Of a stretch of 64,000 nucleotides of DNA, positions 43,692 to 53,269 are shown piece after piece. Source of the stretch: Lachnospiraceae bacterium (GTDB lineage: Bacteria; Bacillota; Clostridia; Oscillospirales; CAG-272); contig JAKSPT010000012.1 in the NCBI GenBank assembly GCA_024404495.1, positions 2,499 to 66,498 on the forward strand, read 5' to 3'. The notes under the pieces were generated by a model. That model searched no databases. It was not told the DNA's origin and saw only the letters and a program-made list of their open reading frames with translations. The translations under genes and the position numbers were made by a program. Positions within the stretch are counted from its first letter, which is position 1. Each line of letters starts with the position of its first letter.

Positions 43692-43738
43692 AAAAAAAGT
43701 CGTACGGGGACCGCCTCACGAAGGTAAGACGGTCCCGT
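43692..43738 (-). terminator. Possible internal terminator/attenuator between sepF and yggT
   Basis: Minus strand: acgggaccgtc ... gcggtccccgt imperfect hairpin followed by acgacttttttt. Confidence 0.4.
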
Positions 43739-43748
43739 AAATTCAGAA

Positions 43749-44219
43749 TCAGAACATATCGTCCGCGCCGGCAATGTCGGCAGCGGCTGCACCGGCTTCA
43801 CCGAGCTGATCACCGGTCACGTCAACGTTGTTCGGAACGATGACGACGGTGTTGGTGGTAACGCGCTGGATGTTGCCGTCGATGGAATACGCGACGCCGG
43901 AAAGGAAGTCGATCAAGCGGCGGGCGGATTCCTTATTCGTGGATTCGAGGTTCAGAACGACCGTGCGGCGGTTCAGAAGGTGATCCGCGATCTTCTGTGC
44001 GGTGGTGCTGTCGTAACGCTCGGGCTTGAGGACCTTCATTTCAAGCGCGCTCGCGTTCAGGGAAACGTTCTTCGGTGCGGAAGCCTGCTGCACGGGCTGC
44101 TCTTCCTCATAGTCGTCTCCGTTTGCGTCGTAGTTTTCATCGTCCTCGTAATCGTCGTAATCGTTCACGTTGACGTCATCGCCCTCGGTCCAGCCCTTCA
44201 GCTTATCCAGTAATCCCAT
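43749..44219 (-). CDS. sepF: Cell division protein SepF
   Basis: Start MGLLDKLKGW (GGAGGA RBS). Acidic linker, then the conserved C-terminal SepF core (VLNLE...RRLIDFLSGVAYSIDG). Confidence 0.85.
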   Translation of the reverse strand: MGLLDKLKGWTEGDDVNVNDYDDYEDDENYDANGDDYEEEQPVQQASAPKNVSLNASALEMKVLKPERYDSTTAQKIADHLLNRRTVVLNLESTNKESARRLIDFLSGVAYSIDGNIQRVTTNTVVIVPNNVDVTGDQLGEAGAAAADIAGADDMF

Positions 44220-44242
44220 TTTCTTTTCCTCCGTTTTATATG

Positions 44243-44986
44243 TCAGTTGTTTTTCTCCGGATAGTGTCTTTTCCCGAAAACGGCGCTCCCCACGCGGACC
44301 AGATCGGAACGGCATCCGACCGCGATCTCATAGGAATCGCTCATTCCCATAGATAAAATACTCCTGTTACTATTATGAAGCAATTCGCCCGAAATGTCAA
44401 GGAAAATTTGATAAGTTTTCGAGAAAATTTTTCGATATTCTTCGTTTTCCGCGCAAACCGGTCCGATCGTCATAAGCCCCCGCAGATTCAGATTCGGCAT
44501 CGCGTTCACGGCTCCGATCAGGTCTCCGAGCCCCTCGGGCGATACGCCGCTTTTCTGCTCCTCTTCCCCGATATTGACCTCGATCAGCACGTCCATGACC
44601 TTGCCGATCTTCGCGCACTGCCGGTCGATCTCACGGGCAAGGGGAACGCTGTCGACAGACTCGATCATATCGACCTTGTCGACGATCTGACGCACCTTGT
44701 TCTTCTGCAGCGTGCCGATGAAGTGGATCGAAACGCCATCCTTTTCGAGCGCGCCGTATTTTGCGGTCAGCTCCTGCACGCGGTTCTCCCCGATATGGCG
44801 GATGCCGCATTCGCGGATCACGAAATTGATATCCTCGGGCGGCACGGTCTTGGTCGCGAGGAGGAGCGTGACCTCCTCTTCCCTGCCGATCGCTTCCGCC
44901 GCGGCGCGGATCCTTTCTCTTACCGCCGCCACGTTTTCCCTCAGTTCCTTCTGTCTTCCGACATCAGGATATTGCTTTTCCGTCAT
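44243..44986 (-). CDS. yggS: YggS-family pyridoxal-phosphate homeostasis protein
   Basis: 247 aa. LLATKTV lysine motif, HFIGTLQKNK, SMGMSDSYEIA. Confidence 0.85.
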   Translation of the reverse strand: MTEKQYPDVGRQKELRENVAAVRERIRAAAEAIGREEEVTLLLATKTVPPEDINFVIRECGIRHIGENRVQELTAKYGALEKDGVSIHFIGTLQKNKVRQIVDKVDMIESVDSVPLAREIDRQCAKIGKVMDVLIEVNIGEEEQKSGVSPEGLGDLIGAVNAMPNLNLRGLMTIGPVCAENEEYRKIFSKTYQIFLDISGELLHNSNRSILSMGMSDSYEIAVGCRSDLVRVGSAVFGKRHYPEKNN

Positions 44987-46226
44987 ACAGATTTTTCCCT
45001 TTCGTAATGATCAGGTCGCCCTCGTTGAGGTATTCCGCGGCGTTTTCCCGCTCGCTGTCGTAGGGCGCGACGAGAAGAACGCCGTCGGTCTCGAACACCG
45101 TTTCGATCTTACGGAAACGGATGTAGTTCCCGACCCGGATGTAAACGCCCTGCACGCCGTTCACCACGCGGACGGCGGAAAGCGGGACGCGGTAGCCCTT
45201 GTACTCCGAGCGGACGACCTGCACCGCCTGCATCCGGAGATAATTGAAGTTTTCGGGCATCACGTTGGTCTCGAAGACCAGCACCGCGCGCTCGTTCTCC
45301 CTGTCGGGCAGGACGCGCTTCAGCGTCATGGAAAGGACGGCGTCGCCGTTGTAGGGGAAGCGGATCTGATAGCTGTCGCTCTGCGAAAACTGACGGAGCT
45401 GTTCCCCGTCCGCCTCGCACGCGATGCTCCAGACGTAATCGGTCACAAGCTTGCCGACGGGATAGCCCTTCGAGGTCTTTTCGTCGGGGGAAAGCGGCTC
45501 GGTCTCGATCAGACGCTCGAACGAGTCCACCGACAGGCTCTCCAGCACCCCGGGCGTGAAGATCGTCTCGCAGCCGTCGACCGTCGAGTAGAAATAACCG
45601 GGCTCGGGCGCGCGCAGCACCTCGCTGACGTTGGTGAGCGACGCGGTCAGCGCGTTCCTCTCCTGCCTCAGCTCTTCGATCTGCGAATCGTAGTTCACGA
45701 CGGTCTGCGTCACGACGCGGCGCTTGTTGAGCAGGGTCAGATATTCGTCCTTCTTGTGCATGACGTACTCGATATCGCCCCGGTCAAGATGCTCCTGCAT
45801 CAGATAATAGAGCTGCCAGATGCGCGCGTCGATCACCGAGGTGTCCGAGATCACCGCCTTCGAGACGTTCGAGCCCTCGAGCAGCGCGATCTTTTTGTCG
45901 ATCGCGATGATCCTGCTCCGCAGATCGGTGTTGCCGTTTGAATAGATCTGCGCGAGATTGACGCCGTTCCCGACCTTCGTTCCGTCGGGATAGAGAAAGT
46001 TGACGTCACCGTTCCCCGCGGCGTAGAGCAGACGCTCGTCGCGGAACAGGTAGCCGTCCATCGTCAGTACCTCCTGCTTGGTCACCGAAACGGCGGGAGT
46101 GGTTTCCACCCCGGCGCTGAATCCGCCGAAGAGGTGATACAGAATGTAGAAGATCAGAAGGAGAGAAACGGCGGCGGAAAGGACGTAAAACAGAATATGC
46201 TTCAGATACCTTGTGTCCACGTTCAT
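44964..46226 (-). CDS. HlyD-like (membrane-fusion/barrel-sandwich) single-pass membrane protein of the division cluster
   Basis: Start MNVDTRYLK overlaps the miaA stop as ATGA. N-terminal TM, coiled-coil middle, beta-rich C-terminus. The family assignment is by overall pattern only. Confidence 0.55.
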   Translation of the reverse strand: MNVDTRYLKHILFYVLSAAVSLLLIFYILYHLFGGFSAGVETTPAVSVTKQEVLTMDGYLFRDERLLYAAGNGDVNFLYPDGTKVGNGVNLAQIYSNGNTDLRSRIIAIDKKIALLEGSNVSKAVISDTSVIDARIWQLYYLMQEHLDRGDIEYVMHKKDEYLTLLNKRRVVTQTVVNYDSQIEELRQERNALTASLTNVSEVLRAPEPGYFYSTVDGCETIFTPGVLESLSVDSFERLIETEPLSPDEKTSKGYPVGKLVTDYVWSIACEADGEQLRQFSQSDSYQIRFPYNGDAVLSMTLKRVLPDRENERAVLVFETNVMPENFNYLRMQAVQVVRSEYKGYRVPLSAVRVVNGVQGVYIRVGNYIRFRKIETVFETDGVLLVAPYDSERENAAEYLNEGDLIITKGKNLYDGKAIS

Positions 46227-47140
46227 TCCTCCTTCCATTTCATAACGGCTTCAGACGCCGCGCCGATCAGCTCTTCGGGCGTCATCGTATCGGGATACAG
46301 CCACACGGTGTCCGGATCCCGCCGGAACCAGGTGAGCTGACGTTTTGCGTAATTTCTCGTGTTCTGCTTCAGCTTTTCGACCGCTTCCTCATAGGAAAGG
46401 GTGCCGTCGAGCCAGAGATAAAGCTCTTTATAACCGATCGCCTGCCCGGCGGTCGTATTCCGGTCGAGATCGAGGCGTTCTGCTTCCTCGGTCAGACCGT
46501 TTCCGAGCATCAGATCGACTCTGCGGTCGATCCGGTCGTAAAGGACCTGCCGGTCGGTATAGTCCAGCCCGAGGATCAGGGAATCGTAGGGCTTCGGGGC
46601 GAGGCGGGACCTGCGGTCCCATTCGCTCTTCGGAATACCTGTGCCGAGGGTAACGGCAAGCGCCCGCGCCACTCTTTTTTCGTTGTTGGGGTGGATCGCG
46701 GCGGCGGATTCCGGATCGGCCTCCGAAAGGAGACGGTAACGCTCCTCCGGCGTCATATCGCACACCCGCTTCACGGTTTCCTCCGGAATATCGGGCGCAA
46801 AGACGTTTCCGGTCAGGACCGCGTCGAGATAAAGCCCGGTCCCGCCGCAGAAGATCGGGAGATTGCCGCGCGAAAGGATCTCATCGACCGCTTTTTTCGC
46901 GAGCACGGCGTAATCCGCGCAGGAAAACGGCTCGTCCGGGGAGACGACGTCGATCAGATGATGCGGGATCCCCGCGCGCTCGGCTTCATCGGGCTTCGCG
47001 GTCCCGATATCCATGCCGCGGTAGACCTGCATCGAGTCGCAGGAGACGATCTCGCCGCCGAACCTTTTCGCCAGCGCGATCGAGAGTGCGGTTTTGCCCG
47101 ACGCGGTCGGACCGACGACGGCAAGCAGCTTCGGCTTCAC
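46223..47140 (-). CDS. miaA: tRNA dimethylallyltransferase
   Basis: 305 aa. VVGPTASGKTALS P-loop, SCDSMQVYRGMDIGTAKP. Confidence 0.9.
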   Translation of the reverse strand: MKPKLLAVVGPTASGKTALSIALAKRFGGEIVSCDSMQVYRGMDIGTAKPDEAERAGIPHHLIDVVSPDEPFSCADYAVLAKKAVDEILSRGNLPIFCGGTGLYLDAVLTGNVFAPDIPEETVKRVCDMTPEERYRLLSEADPESAAAIHPNNEKRVARALAVTLGTGIPKSEWDRRSRLAPKPYDSLILGLDYTDRQVLYDRIDRRVDLMLGNGLTEEAERLDLDRNTTAGQAIGYKELYLWLDGTLSYEEAVEKLKQNTRNYAKRQLTWFRRDPDTVWLYPDTMTPEELIGAASEAVMKWKEE

Positions 47141-47184
47141 GGGTACTCCTTTCTCCCTGCGGGAAAATCAAACGGAACGGATAA

Positions 47185-48258
47185 TTATTCGATGAGCATC
47201 GCGTCGCCGAAGGAGAAGAACCGGTATCCCGTATCAATCGCTTCGCGGTACGCGTTCATCATGATCTCTTTCGAGGAAAACGCCGAAACGAGCATCAAAA
47301 GCGTGCTCTCCGGCAGATGGAAATTGGTGATCAGCCCCTCGACCGCCTTGAAGCGGTAGCCGGGATAAATGAAAATGCCGGTATCGTCCGAGACGGGATG
47401 CACGATCCCGTTATCGTCCGCGGCGCTCTCGATCGTGCGGCAGGAGGTCGTCCCGACGGCGATCAGTCTGCCCGTGCGGGAGTTGATGGCGTCGGCGGCT
47501 TCCGACGTGACCGAAATGTACTCGGTGTGCATGATATGATCGGTGATCTTCTTTTCCTTGACCGGACGGAAGGTCCCGAGCCCGACGTGAAGCATGACCG
47601 GAACGACCTTCACGCCCTTTTCCCGGATCCTGTCGAGAAGCTCCTTCGTAAAATGCAGACCCGCGGTCGGCGCGGCGGCGGAGCCCTCTTCCCTTGCGTA
47701 GACCGTGTTGTAGCGGTCCTTGTCCTTCAGCTTCTCCCGGATATAGGGCGGGAGGGGCATCTGCCCGATCCTGTCGAGGATCTCGAAGATGTTCTCTCCC
47801 TCGTGGGTGAAGCGCATGATGCGGTTGCCGTCCTCAACGACGTCGACGACCTCGCCGGTGAGCAGTCCGTCCCCGAACGAAACGACCGTTCCGACCGGCG
47901 TTCTTCTGCCCGGACGGATCAGGATCTCCCAAAGGTCGGTCTCCTTCTGACGGAGGAGGACCACCTCGATCTTCGCCCCGGTCGGCTGCTTGACGCCGTA
48001 CAGACGGGCGGGAATGACCTTGCTGTCGTTGATGACCAGCACGTCGCCGGGATGCAGCTCGTCGATGATATCACGGAATATTTTATGGGAAAGCTCCCCC
48101 GTTTTTCTGTTGACCACCATCAGCTTTGACGAGTCTCTCGGCTCGACCGGCGTCTGCGCGATCCGGTCCTCGGGAAGGTCGTAATAAAAGTCCTTCGTTT
48201 CCAGATCGGTCGCGGTCAATTCGTTTTTGATCATTGTCTTTCTCTTTTCACCGTTCAT
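47185..48258 (-). CDS. queA: S-adenosylmethionine:tRNA ribosyltransferase-isomerase
   Basis: [26 protein letters not shown] signature. The real start may be Met 48234 (MIKNE), since 48258 has no SD. A TTGAAA-17-TATAAT promoter lies at about 48275..48303 on the minus strand. Confidence 0.85.
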   Translation of the reverse strand: MNGEKRKTMIKNELTATDLETKDFYYDLPEDRIAQTPVEPRDSSKLMVVNRKTGELSHKIFRDIIDELHPGDVLVINDSKVIPARLYGVKQPTGAKIEVVLLRQKETDLWEILIRPGRRTPVGTVVSFGDGLLTGEVVDVVEDGNRIMRFTHEGENIFEILDRIGQMPLPPYIREKLKDKDRYNTVYAREEGSAAAPTAGLHFTKELLDRIREKGVKVVPVMLHVGLGTFRPVKEKKITDHIMHTEYISVTSEAADAINSRTGRLIAVGTTSCRTIESAADDNGIVHPVSDDTGIFIYPGYRFKAVEGLITNFHLPESTLLMLVSAFSSKEIMMNAYREAIDTGYRFFSFGDAMLIE

Positions 48259-48331
48259 TTGCGTAATTCATATTATTATAGTATATCCGGAAGGATTTTT
48301 CAACAGTTTTTTATGAATAAAGAAAAAGGAG

Positions 48332-49222
48332 ATGCTGTTTTTGAACCGAACCGAAAAAAAGGAGCCCTTCCGTGGGCTCGGCACCGCGCTCGTGACCCCG
48401 TTTTCGGGCGGGGAGCCCGACTACGCGGCGTGGGAGCGGCTGATCCGGTTTCAGCTTGACCGCGGCACCGACTGTCTCGTCGTCTGCGGGACGACCGGAG
48501 AGGCGCCGACGCTGACGCGAGAGGAGAAAAAGAGGCTGATCGCGTCCGCCGTGTCGCTCGTTTCCGGTCAGATCCCGGTCGTCGCGGGCGCGGGGAGCAA
48601 TTCCACCCTCTCCTCCGTCCTCCTCGCCGCCGACGCGAGGGAGGCGGGCGCCGACGCGCTTCTCGTCGTGACGCCCTACTACAACAAAGGGACAGAGAGC
48701 GGGCTGATCGCGCATTACCGCGAGATGGGGCGGGTGGGGCTTCCTCTGCTTCTCTATCACGTTCCCGGCAGGACGGGCGTCACCCTCACCGCCGCGCAGA
48801 TACGGGCGCTTTTACGGGTAGAAAACGTCTCTGGCATCAAGGAGGCGTCGGGCAATCTGCGTCTGACCGAGGAGCTGCTCGCGTGCGGAGACGGTCCGGT
48901 CTACTGCGGCAGCGACGAGCTGAACCTTCCCGCGCTTTTTGCGGGCTGCTCCGGGCTGATCTCGGTCACGGCGAACGTCGTTCCCGACCGTCTGAAGGAA
49001 ATGGTCACCGCCGTCGACCGCTCCGATAAGGAACGGGCAAGGGAGCTCGACCGCGCGCTCCTTCCCCTCTCCCTCGCGCTCTTTTCCGAGGTCAATCCGG
49101 TCCCGGTCAAGTACGCGCTTTCCCGGATGGGGCTGATCCGTGACGAGCTGCGGCTGCCGCTCACTCCCGCCTCCGAAAGGACGCGGGCGCTCGTTGACCG
49201 GGCGATGGACGCGCTGCTCTGA
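48332..49222 (+). CDS. dapA: 4-hydroxy-tetrahydrodipicolinate synthase
   Basis: 296 aa. GLGTALVTPF, GTTGE, and YNKG (TPYYNKGT), which resembles the canonical Y-N-K-P stretch. The start could be TTG 48341, which has better SD spacing. Confidence 0.85.
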   Translation: MLFLNRTEKKEPFRGLGTALVTPFSGGEPDYAAWERLIRFQLDRGTDCLVVCGTTGEAPTLTREEKKRLIASAVSLVSGQIPVVAGAGSNSTLSSVLLAADAREAGADALLVVTPYYNKGTESGLIAHYREMGRVGLPLLLYHVPGRTGVTLTAAQIRALLRVENVSGIKEASGNLRLTEELLACGDGPVYCGSDELNLPALFAGCSGLISVTANVVPDRLKEMVTAVDRSDKERARELDRALLPLSLALFSEVNPVPVKYALSRMGLIRDELRLPLTPASERTRALVDRAMDALL

Positions 49223-49228
49223 GCGAAG

Positions 49229-49270
49229 CCTCCCGAAGCGGGATCCGTTTCCGCTCCGGGAGGTCTTTCC
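49229..49270. terminator. Hairpin terminator between convergent dapA and the desulfurase gene
   Basis: cctcccgaagcgg ... ccgctccgggagg followed by a T-rich tract. Confidence 0.5.
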
Positions 49271-49286
49271 CTTCCCGGCTTCTCTT

Positions 49287-50441
49287 TTACCGTTCGCTCA
49301 CGATCTCCTTCATCGCTTCAAGCAGCGCGGTAACGTCGTTTTCGGTATTGTACATTGAAAACGAGGCGCGGACGGCGCCGCCCTCCGGAGTGCCGACCGT
49401 TTTGTGGGCGAGCGGCGCGCAGTGATACCCGGCGCGGACGCAGATCCCTCTCCCGTCCAGTCTGCGGGCGACCTCCTCGGGCGGGATGCCGTCGGCGGTG
49501 AACAGCACGATCCCGTTTTCCCGCACGAGACCGGGCAGCCATACCCGCACGCCGGGAATATCACCGAGTCCGTCCGCCGATTTCGCGGCAAGCTCCCCCT
49601 CGTATTCGGCAAGCCGTTCCGGACCGATGGCGGCGACCGCCCGGATGCCCGCCTCCAGCCCCGCGATCGCGGGAAGAGGGAGGGTCCCCGCTTCAAGACG
49701 TTCGGGAAGGAAGGGAGGCATTTCCGCCTCTTTGGAACGGCTCCCGCTCCCGCCCGAAAGCAGGGGGCGGAGCTTTTTTCCGTTTTCCCCGCGGTACTTA
49801 TCCCCGAACAGCACGAATCCGACGCCGGGCGGACCGTAAAGCCCCTTATGCCCCGGGGCGCAGATCGCGTCGGCGCCGATTTCTCCGATATTGATCGGTA
49901 TCTTCCCCGCGCTCTGCGAGACGTCCGCGACGAAGCGGAGACGGTGTTTCTCACAGAAGGCGCCGATCTCCGCAAGGGGCAGAACGATCCCGCAGATGTT
50001 GGAGGCGTGGCAGGCGACGACGAGACGGGTATCCGGACGAAGACGTTTTTCGAGACCCCGTATCACCTCGTCCGGATCGGGGGAGGCGGGATAGACCGAA
50101 TAGGTCACCCCTTCCCCGAGCATCGCGTGGACGGGACGCAGAACGGCGTTGTGCTCGATGCCCGAGATCAGAACGTGATCTCCCCCGCGCAGCATCCCGT
50201 GCAGGGCGAGGTTCAGCGCCCCGGTCGCGTTTCCGGAAAAGACGACGTTTTCGGGGCAGTCCGAGCCGAAAAGCGCCGCGATCGCCTCCCGGCAGGAATA
50301 GACCGCCTCCGCCGCCCTTACCGACAGCGCGTGCCCCGCCCTGCCGGGATTGCCGCAGTAATCCGAAAGGCATTCCGAAACGGCGTCTGTCACGACGAGA
50401 GGCTTCGGGAACGTGGTCGCGGCGTTGTCCAGATAGATCAT
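49287..50441 (-). CDS. Class-V aminotransferase / cysteine desulfurase family protein
   Basis: 384 aa. MIYLDNAATTFPKP start, HKGLYGPPG lysine motif. Confidence 0.8.
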   Translation of the reverse strand: MIYLDNAATTFPKPLVVTDAVSECLSDYCGNPGRAGHALSVRAAEAVYSCREAIAALFGSDCPENVVFSGNATGALNLALHGMLRGGDHVLISGIEHNAVLRPVHAMLGEGVTYSVYPASPDPDEVIRGLEKRLRPDTRLVVACHASNICGIVLPLAEIGAFCEKHRLRFVADVSQSAGKIPINIGEIGADAICAPGHKGLYGPPGVGFVLFGDKYRGENGKKLRPLLSGGSGSRSKEAEMPPFLPERLEAGTLPLPAIAGLEAGIRAVAAIGPERLAEYEGELAAKSADGLGDIPGVRVWLPGLVRENGIVLFTADGIPPEEVARRLDGRGICVRAGYHCAPLAHKTVGTPEGGAVRASFSMYNTENDVTALLEAMKEIVSER

Positions 50442-50668
50442 CTTTTTCCCCTCTCCGTTTTTTCGTCGGTCAGGACCGGGATCCCGCCCCGGAGCAGGAT
50501 ATCCCTTGCTTCGCCGACGCTTTCGCAGGGGAGACGCAGCCCGTTCGCGCAGCCCCCCGCGGCGTCGGTCCGGGCGGTCTCCGCGCGGATGCCGTGCGTG
50601 CCGAGCAGTTTTTTTCCCTTCAGCGCGAGGGTATTCGTTTCGGTTCTGATAATACAGGTATTCGTCAT
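50438..50668 (-). CDS. DUF3343-like small protein (putative S/Se-carrier-like)
   Basis: 76 aa. ATGA overlap with the desulfurase gene. The pattern (short beta-alpha unit ...ALKGKKLL...GI.A...) and synteny resemble DUF3343. Confidence 0.5.
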   Translation of the reverse strand: MTNTCIIRTETNTLALKGKKLLGTHGIRAETARTDAAGGCANGLRLPCESVGEARDILLRGGIPVLTDEKTERGKR

Positions 50669-50855
50669 GATCGTTTTCTCCGTTTCTCTTCCTTCCGCCG
50701 CACGCGCGGAACGCTTTTTTCGTTTCCGGAGGACGTTTTGCCCTCCGGAATCATTCTATTCCGCGCTTTTTCCTCCCGTCACTTCACCCATCCTTCCTCC
50801 CCGACATATACTGCCAGAGAAACCGGAAAAAAGGCGGAAAGGAGCCTGAAATCGT

Positions 50856-51272
50856 ATGGATCAACCGCAGAACGGACATTTCGGAAAACTTACGGTATCG
50901 GTCAGACTGGCGCGCGGCGCCCTCCCCGTGGAGGGGGCGAGCGTCGTCATCACCGGTGCGGAGGAGGGGGAGGAGGGCGTTCTCTACACGCTCGAAACCG
51001 ACCGCTCGGGCAATACGCCCCCGGTCTCCCTCCCCGCTCCCCCGGCGGAAAATTCCCTCACGCCCGGCTTTCCGGGCGCAGTCAGCTATTCCTACCATAT
51101 CCTGACCGACAAGCCGGGCTATATCGGCGTCAGAAACCTCTTCGTCCCGATCTACGACGGCGTCACCGCGATCCAGAACGTCGCCTTCGTCCCGCTTCCC
51201 GCGGGCTCGGAGAATTCACCGTATCCGGCGGATGTCCTGCGATACGATGAAAACGAACGCCCCGACCTCTGA
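50856..51272 (+). CDS. Carboxypeptidase-regulatory-like beta-sandwich protein (138 aa), resembles a detached SleC prepro region
   Basis: GKLTVSVRLARGALPVEGASVVITG...TDRSGNT... pattern. AAAGGAG RBS. No signal peptide. Confidence 0.55.
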   Translation: MDQPQNGHFGKLTVSVRLARGALPVEGASVVITGAEEGEEGVLYTLETDRSGNTPPVSLPAPPAENSLTPGFPGAVSYSYHILTDKPGYIGVRNLFVPIYDGVTAIQNVAFVPLPAGSENSPYPADVLRYDENERPDL

Positions 51273-51289
51273 AAAAGGAGTGATCAGAA

Positions 51290-52699
51290 ATGGCAGAGCT
51301 TCCCTCGGTTCCCGAAACGCTGACCGTCCATCTCGGCGCGCCCGGTGCCGCCGCGCCCGACGTCACGGTCCCCTTCCCGGATTACATCAAAAACGTGGCG
51401 TCGAGCGAGATCTACCCGACCTGGCCGGAAAACGCGATCCGCGCCAACATTCTCGCGCAGGTCTCCTTCACGCTCAACCGCGTCTACACCGAATACTACC
51501 GTTCCCTCGGCTATCCCTTCGACATCACGAACAGCACGCGCAGCGATCAGGCTTTCGTGGAGGGACGGGATATCTTTGAAAACGTCTCCCGCCTAACCGA
51601 CGAGCTTTTCACGACCTATATCCGCAGAAAAGGATCGGTCGTCCCGCTCTTTGCCGCCTACTGCAACGGAACGACGACGACCTGCGCGGGGCTTTCCCAA
51701 TGGGGGAGCGTTTCGCTCGCCAACGCCGGAAAGACGCCGTTTGAAATCCTGCAGACCTTTTACGGGGAGGATATCGAGCTGGAGGAGGCGCCCGTACGCG
51801 GGTTCGGTCCCTCCCTTCCCCCCGATCCGCTCCGCCTCGGGAGCGTCGGCAACGACGTGCTCGACCTGCAGATCCGTCTCAACCGCATATCGGAAAACTA
51901 TCCGTCGATCCCGAAGATCCCGGCAGCGAACGGCGTTTTCGAGCAGAGCACGCTCGACGCGGTTCTGGAATTCCAACGTATTTTTTCTCTGGAGCGGGAC
52001 GGGATCGTCGGAAGGGCGACGTGGTACCGCGTGCTCTTCATCTTCACCGCCGTCAAACGGCTGAACGAGCTCGACGCCGAGGGGGTCTCCTTCGGGGAGA
52101 TCGAAAAGCAGTACCCCGACGTCCTCTCGATCGGGATGACGGGCGTCGGCGTGGAGGTGATCCAGTATTTCCTCGCGCTGATCGGACTGTTCGAGGATTC
52201 GGTCCCGGCGCCGGTCGTGGACGGCATCTTCGGGCAGGAGACAGAAGGCTCGGTCAGGGCGTTTCAGGCGCGGTACGGGCTGGAGCCGACCGGGATCGTC
52301 GACCGGGAGACCTACCGCGCGCTGTACGACGCCTATCTCGGCATCCTCCGTGCCCTCCCGCCCGATCTGATCGGGGAGCGCGCGAAGCCCTATCCCGGAA
52401 ACGTCCTCGTCTACGGCAGCCGGGGAGAGGACGTGACCGATCTGCAGACCTATCTGCGGGCGCTTTCGGAGCCCTACGGTCTGCCGGAGGTCGGGGTCAG
52501 CGGCTTTTTCGATCCGAAGACAAGAGACGCCGTCACCGCGGTCCAAAGAAGGTTCGGGATCCCGGTCTCGGGCGCCGTCGGCGCGACGACGTGGGCAAGG
52601 ATCGCCTCCCTTTACGACGGTCTGCTCTCGGGAGAGGCGCTTGCCCCCGGGCAGTTTCCGGGCATCGAGCTGAAGGAAAAGGAGGGGACGGAGGCGTGA
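51290..52699 (+). CDS. SleC-like spore cortex-lytic enzyme core with three PG_binding_1 repeats
   Basis: FPDYIKNVASSEIYPTWPENAIRANILAQVSFTLNRVYTEYY and CAGLSQWGSVSLA...ILQTFYG (SpoIID/SleC-type catalytic region). Then three copies of the ...G.DV..LQ..L...DG.FG..T..AV..FQ... repeat. Confidence 0.65.
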   Translation: MAELPSVPETLTVHLGAPGAAAPDVTVPFPDYIKNVASSEIYPTWPENAIRANILAQVSFTLNRVYTEYYRSLGYPFDITNSTRSDQAFVEGRDIFENVSRLTDELFTTYIRRKGSVVPLFAAYCNGTTTTCAGLSQWGSVSLANAGKTPFEILQTFYGEDIELEEAPVRGFGPSLPPDPLRLGSVGNDVLDLQIRLNRISENYPSIPKIPAANGVFEQSTLDAVLEFQRIFSLERDGIVGRATWYRVLFIFTAVKRLNELDAEGVSFGEIEKQYPDVLSIGMTGVGVEVIQYFLALIGLFEDSVPAPVVDGIFGQETEGSVRAFQARYGLEPTGIVDRETYRALYDAYLGILRALPPDLIGERAKPYPGNVLVYGSRGEDVTDLQTYLRALSEPYGLPEVGVSGFFDPKTRDAVTAVQRRFGIPVSGAVGATTWARIASLYDGLLSGEALAPGQFPGIELKEKEGTEA

Positions 52700-53205
52700 A
52701 GAACGAATCCTACGCGGTAAGAGAGGTACAGGAGATCCTGTTCCTGCTTTCCCGTACCGACCCTTCCCTTCCGGTCGTGTTTCCGGATGGGGTTTACGGA
52801 AAGGAAACGAAGATCGCCGTCCGGGCGTTCCAGAGGCGTGCCGGGCTTGACCCGACCGGAAAAGTCGATCTGAAAACGTGGAACGCGCTCTTTCTCGCGG
52901 CAAAGGAGGCGGAAACCCTTCCCCTCCCGCTCGCGGTCTATCCCGCCTGCCCGGAGGGAGGCTTCGTAGGGATCGGGGAAAAGAGCGATTTCGTGCTGAT
53001 ACTGCAGATCGCGCTGCAGGAGCTCGGCATCCTCGGTCCGGAGGACACCCCCTCGGTCACCGGCACCTTCGACCGGGAGACCGGGGAAGCCGTAAAAGAA
53101 GTTCAGCGGCAGGCGGGTCTCACGCCCGACGGCAGGGTCGATCCCGCGACGTGGAACGTCATCGCGGGAAGATATAACCGGGAATCCCGCTTCCCGCGGG
53201 CGTGA
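52696..53205 (+). CDS. Peptidoglycan-binding protein (two PG_binding_1 repeats)
   Basis: GTG start overlapping the upstream stop (GTGA), in the frame of track ORF 52021..53205. Repeats contain DGVYGKETKIAVRAFQRRAGLDPTGKVD and GTFDRETGEAVKEVQRQAGLTPDGRVD. Confidence 0.6.
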   Translation: MKNESYAVREVQEILFLLSRTDPSLPVVFPDGVYGKETKIAVRAFQRRAGLDPTGKVDLKTWNALFLAAKEAETLPLPLAVYPACPEGGFVGIGEKSDFVLILQIALQELGILGPEDTPSVTGTFDRETGEAVKEVQRQAGLTPDGRVDPATWNVIAGRYNRESRFPRA

Positions 53206-53269
53206 TCTTTTCCCCTCTCCGGAATAATCCGGAAAAATCCGGCAACAATCCCGGAAAAGAGAAAACGGG

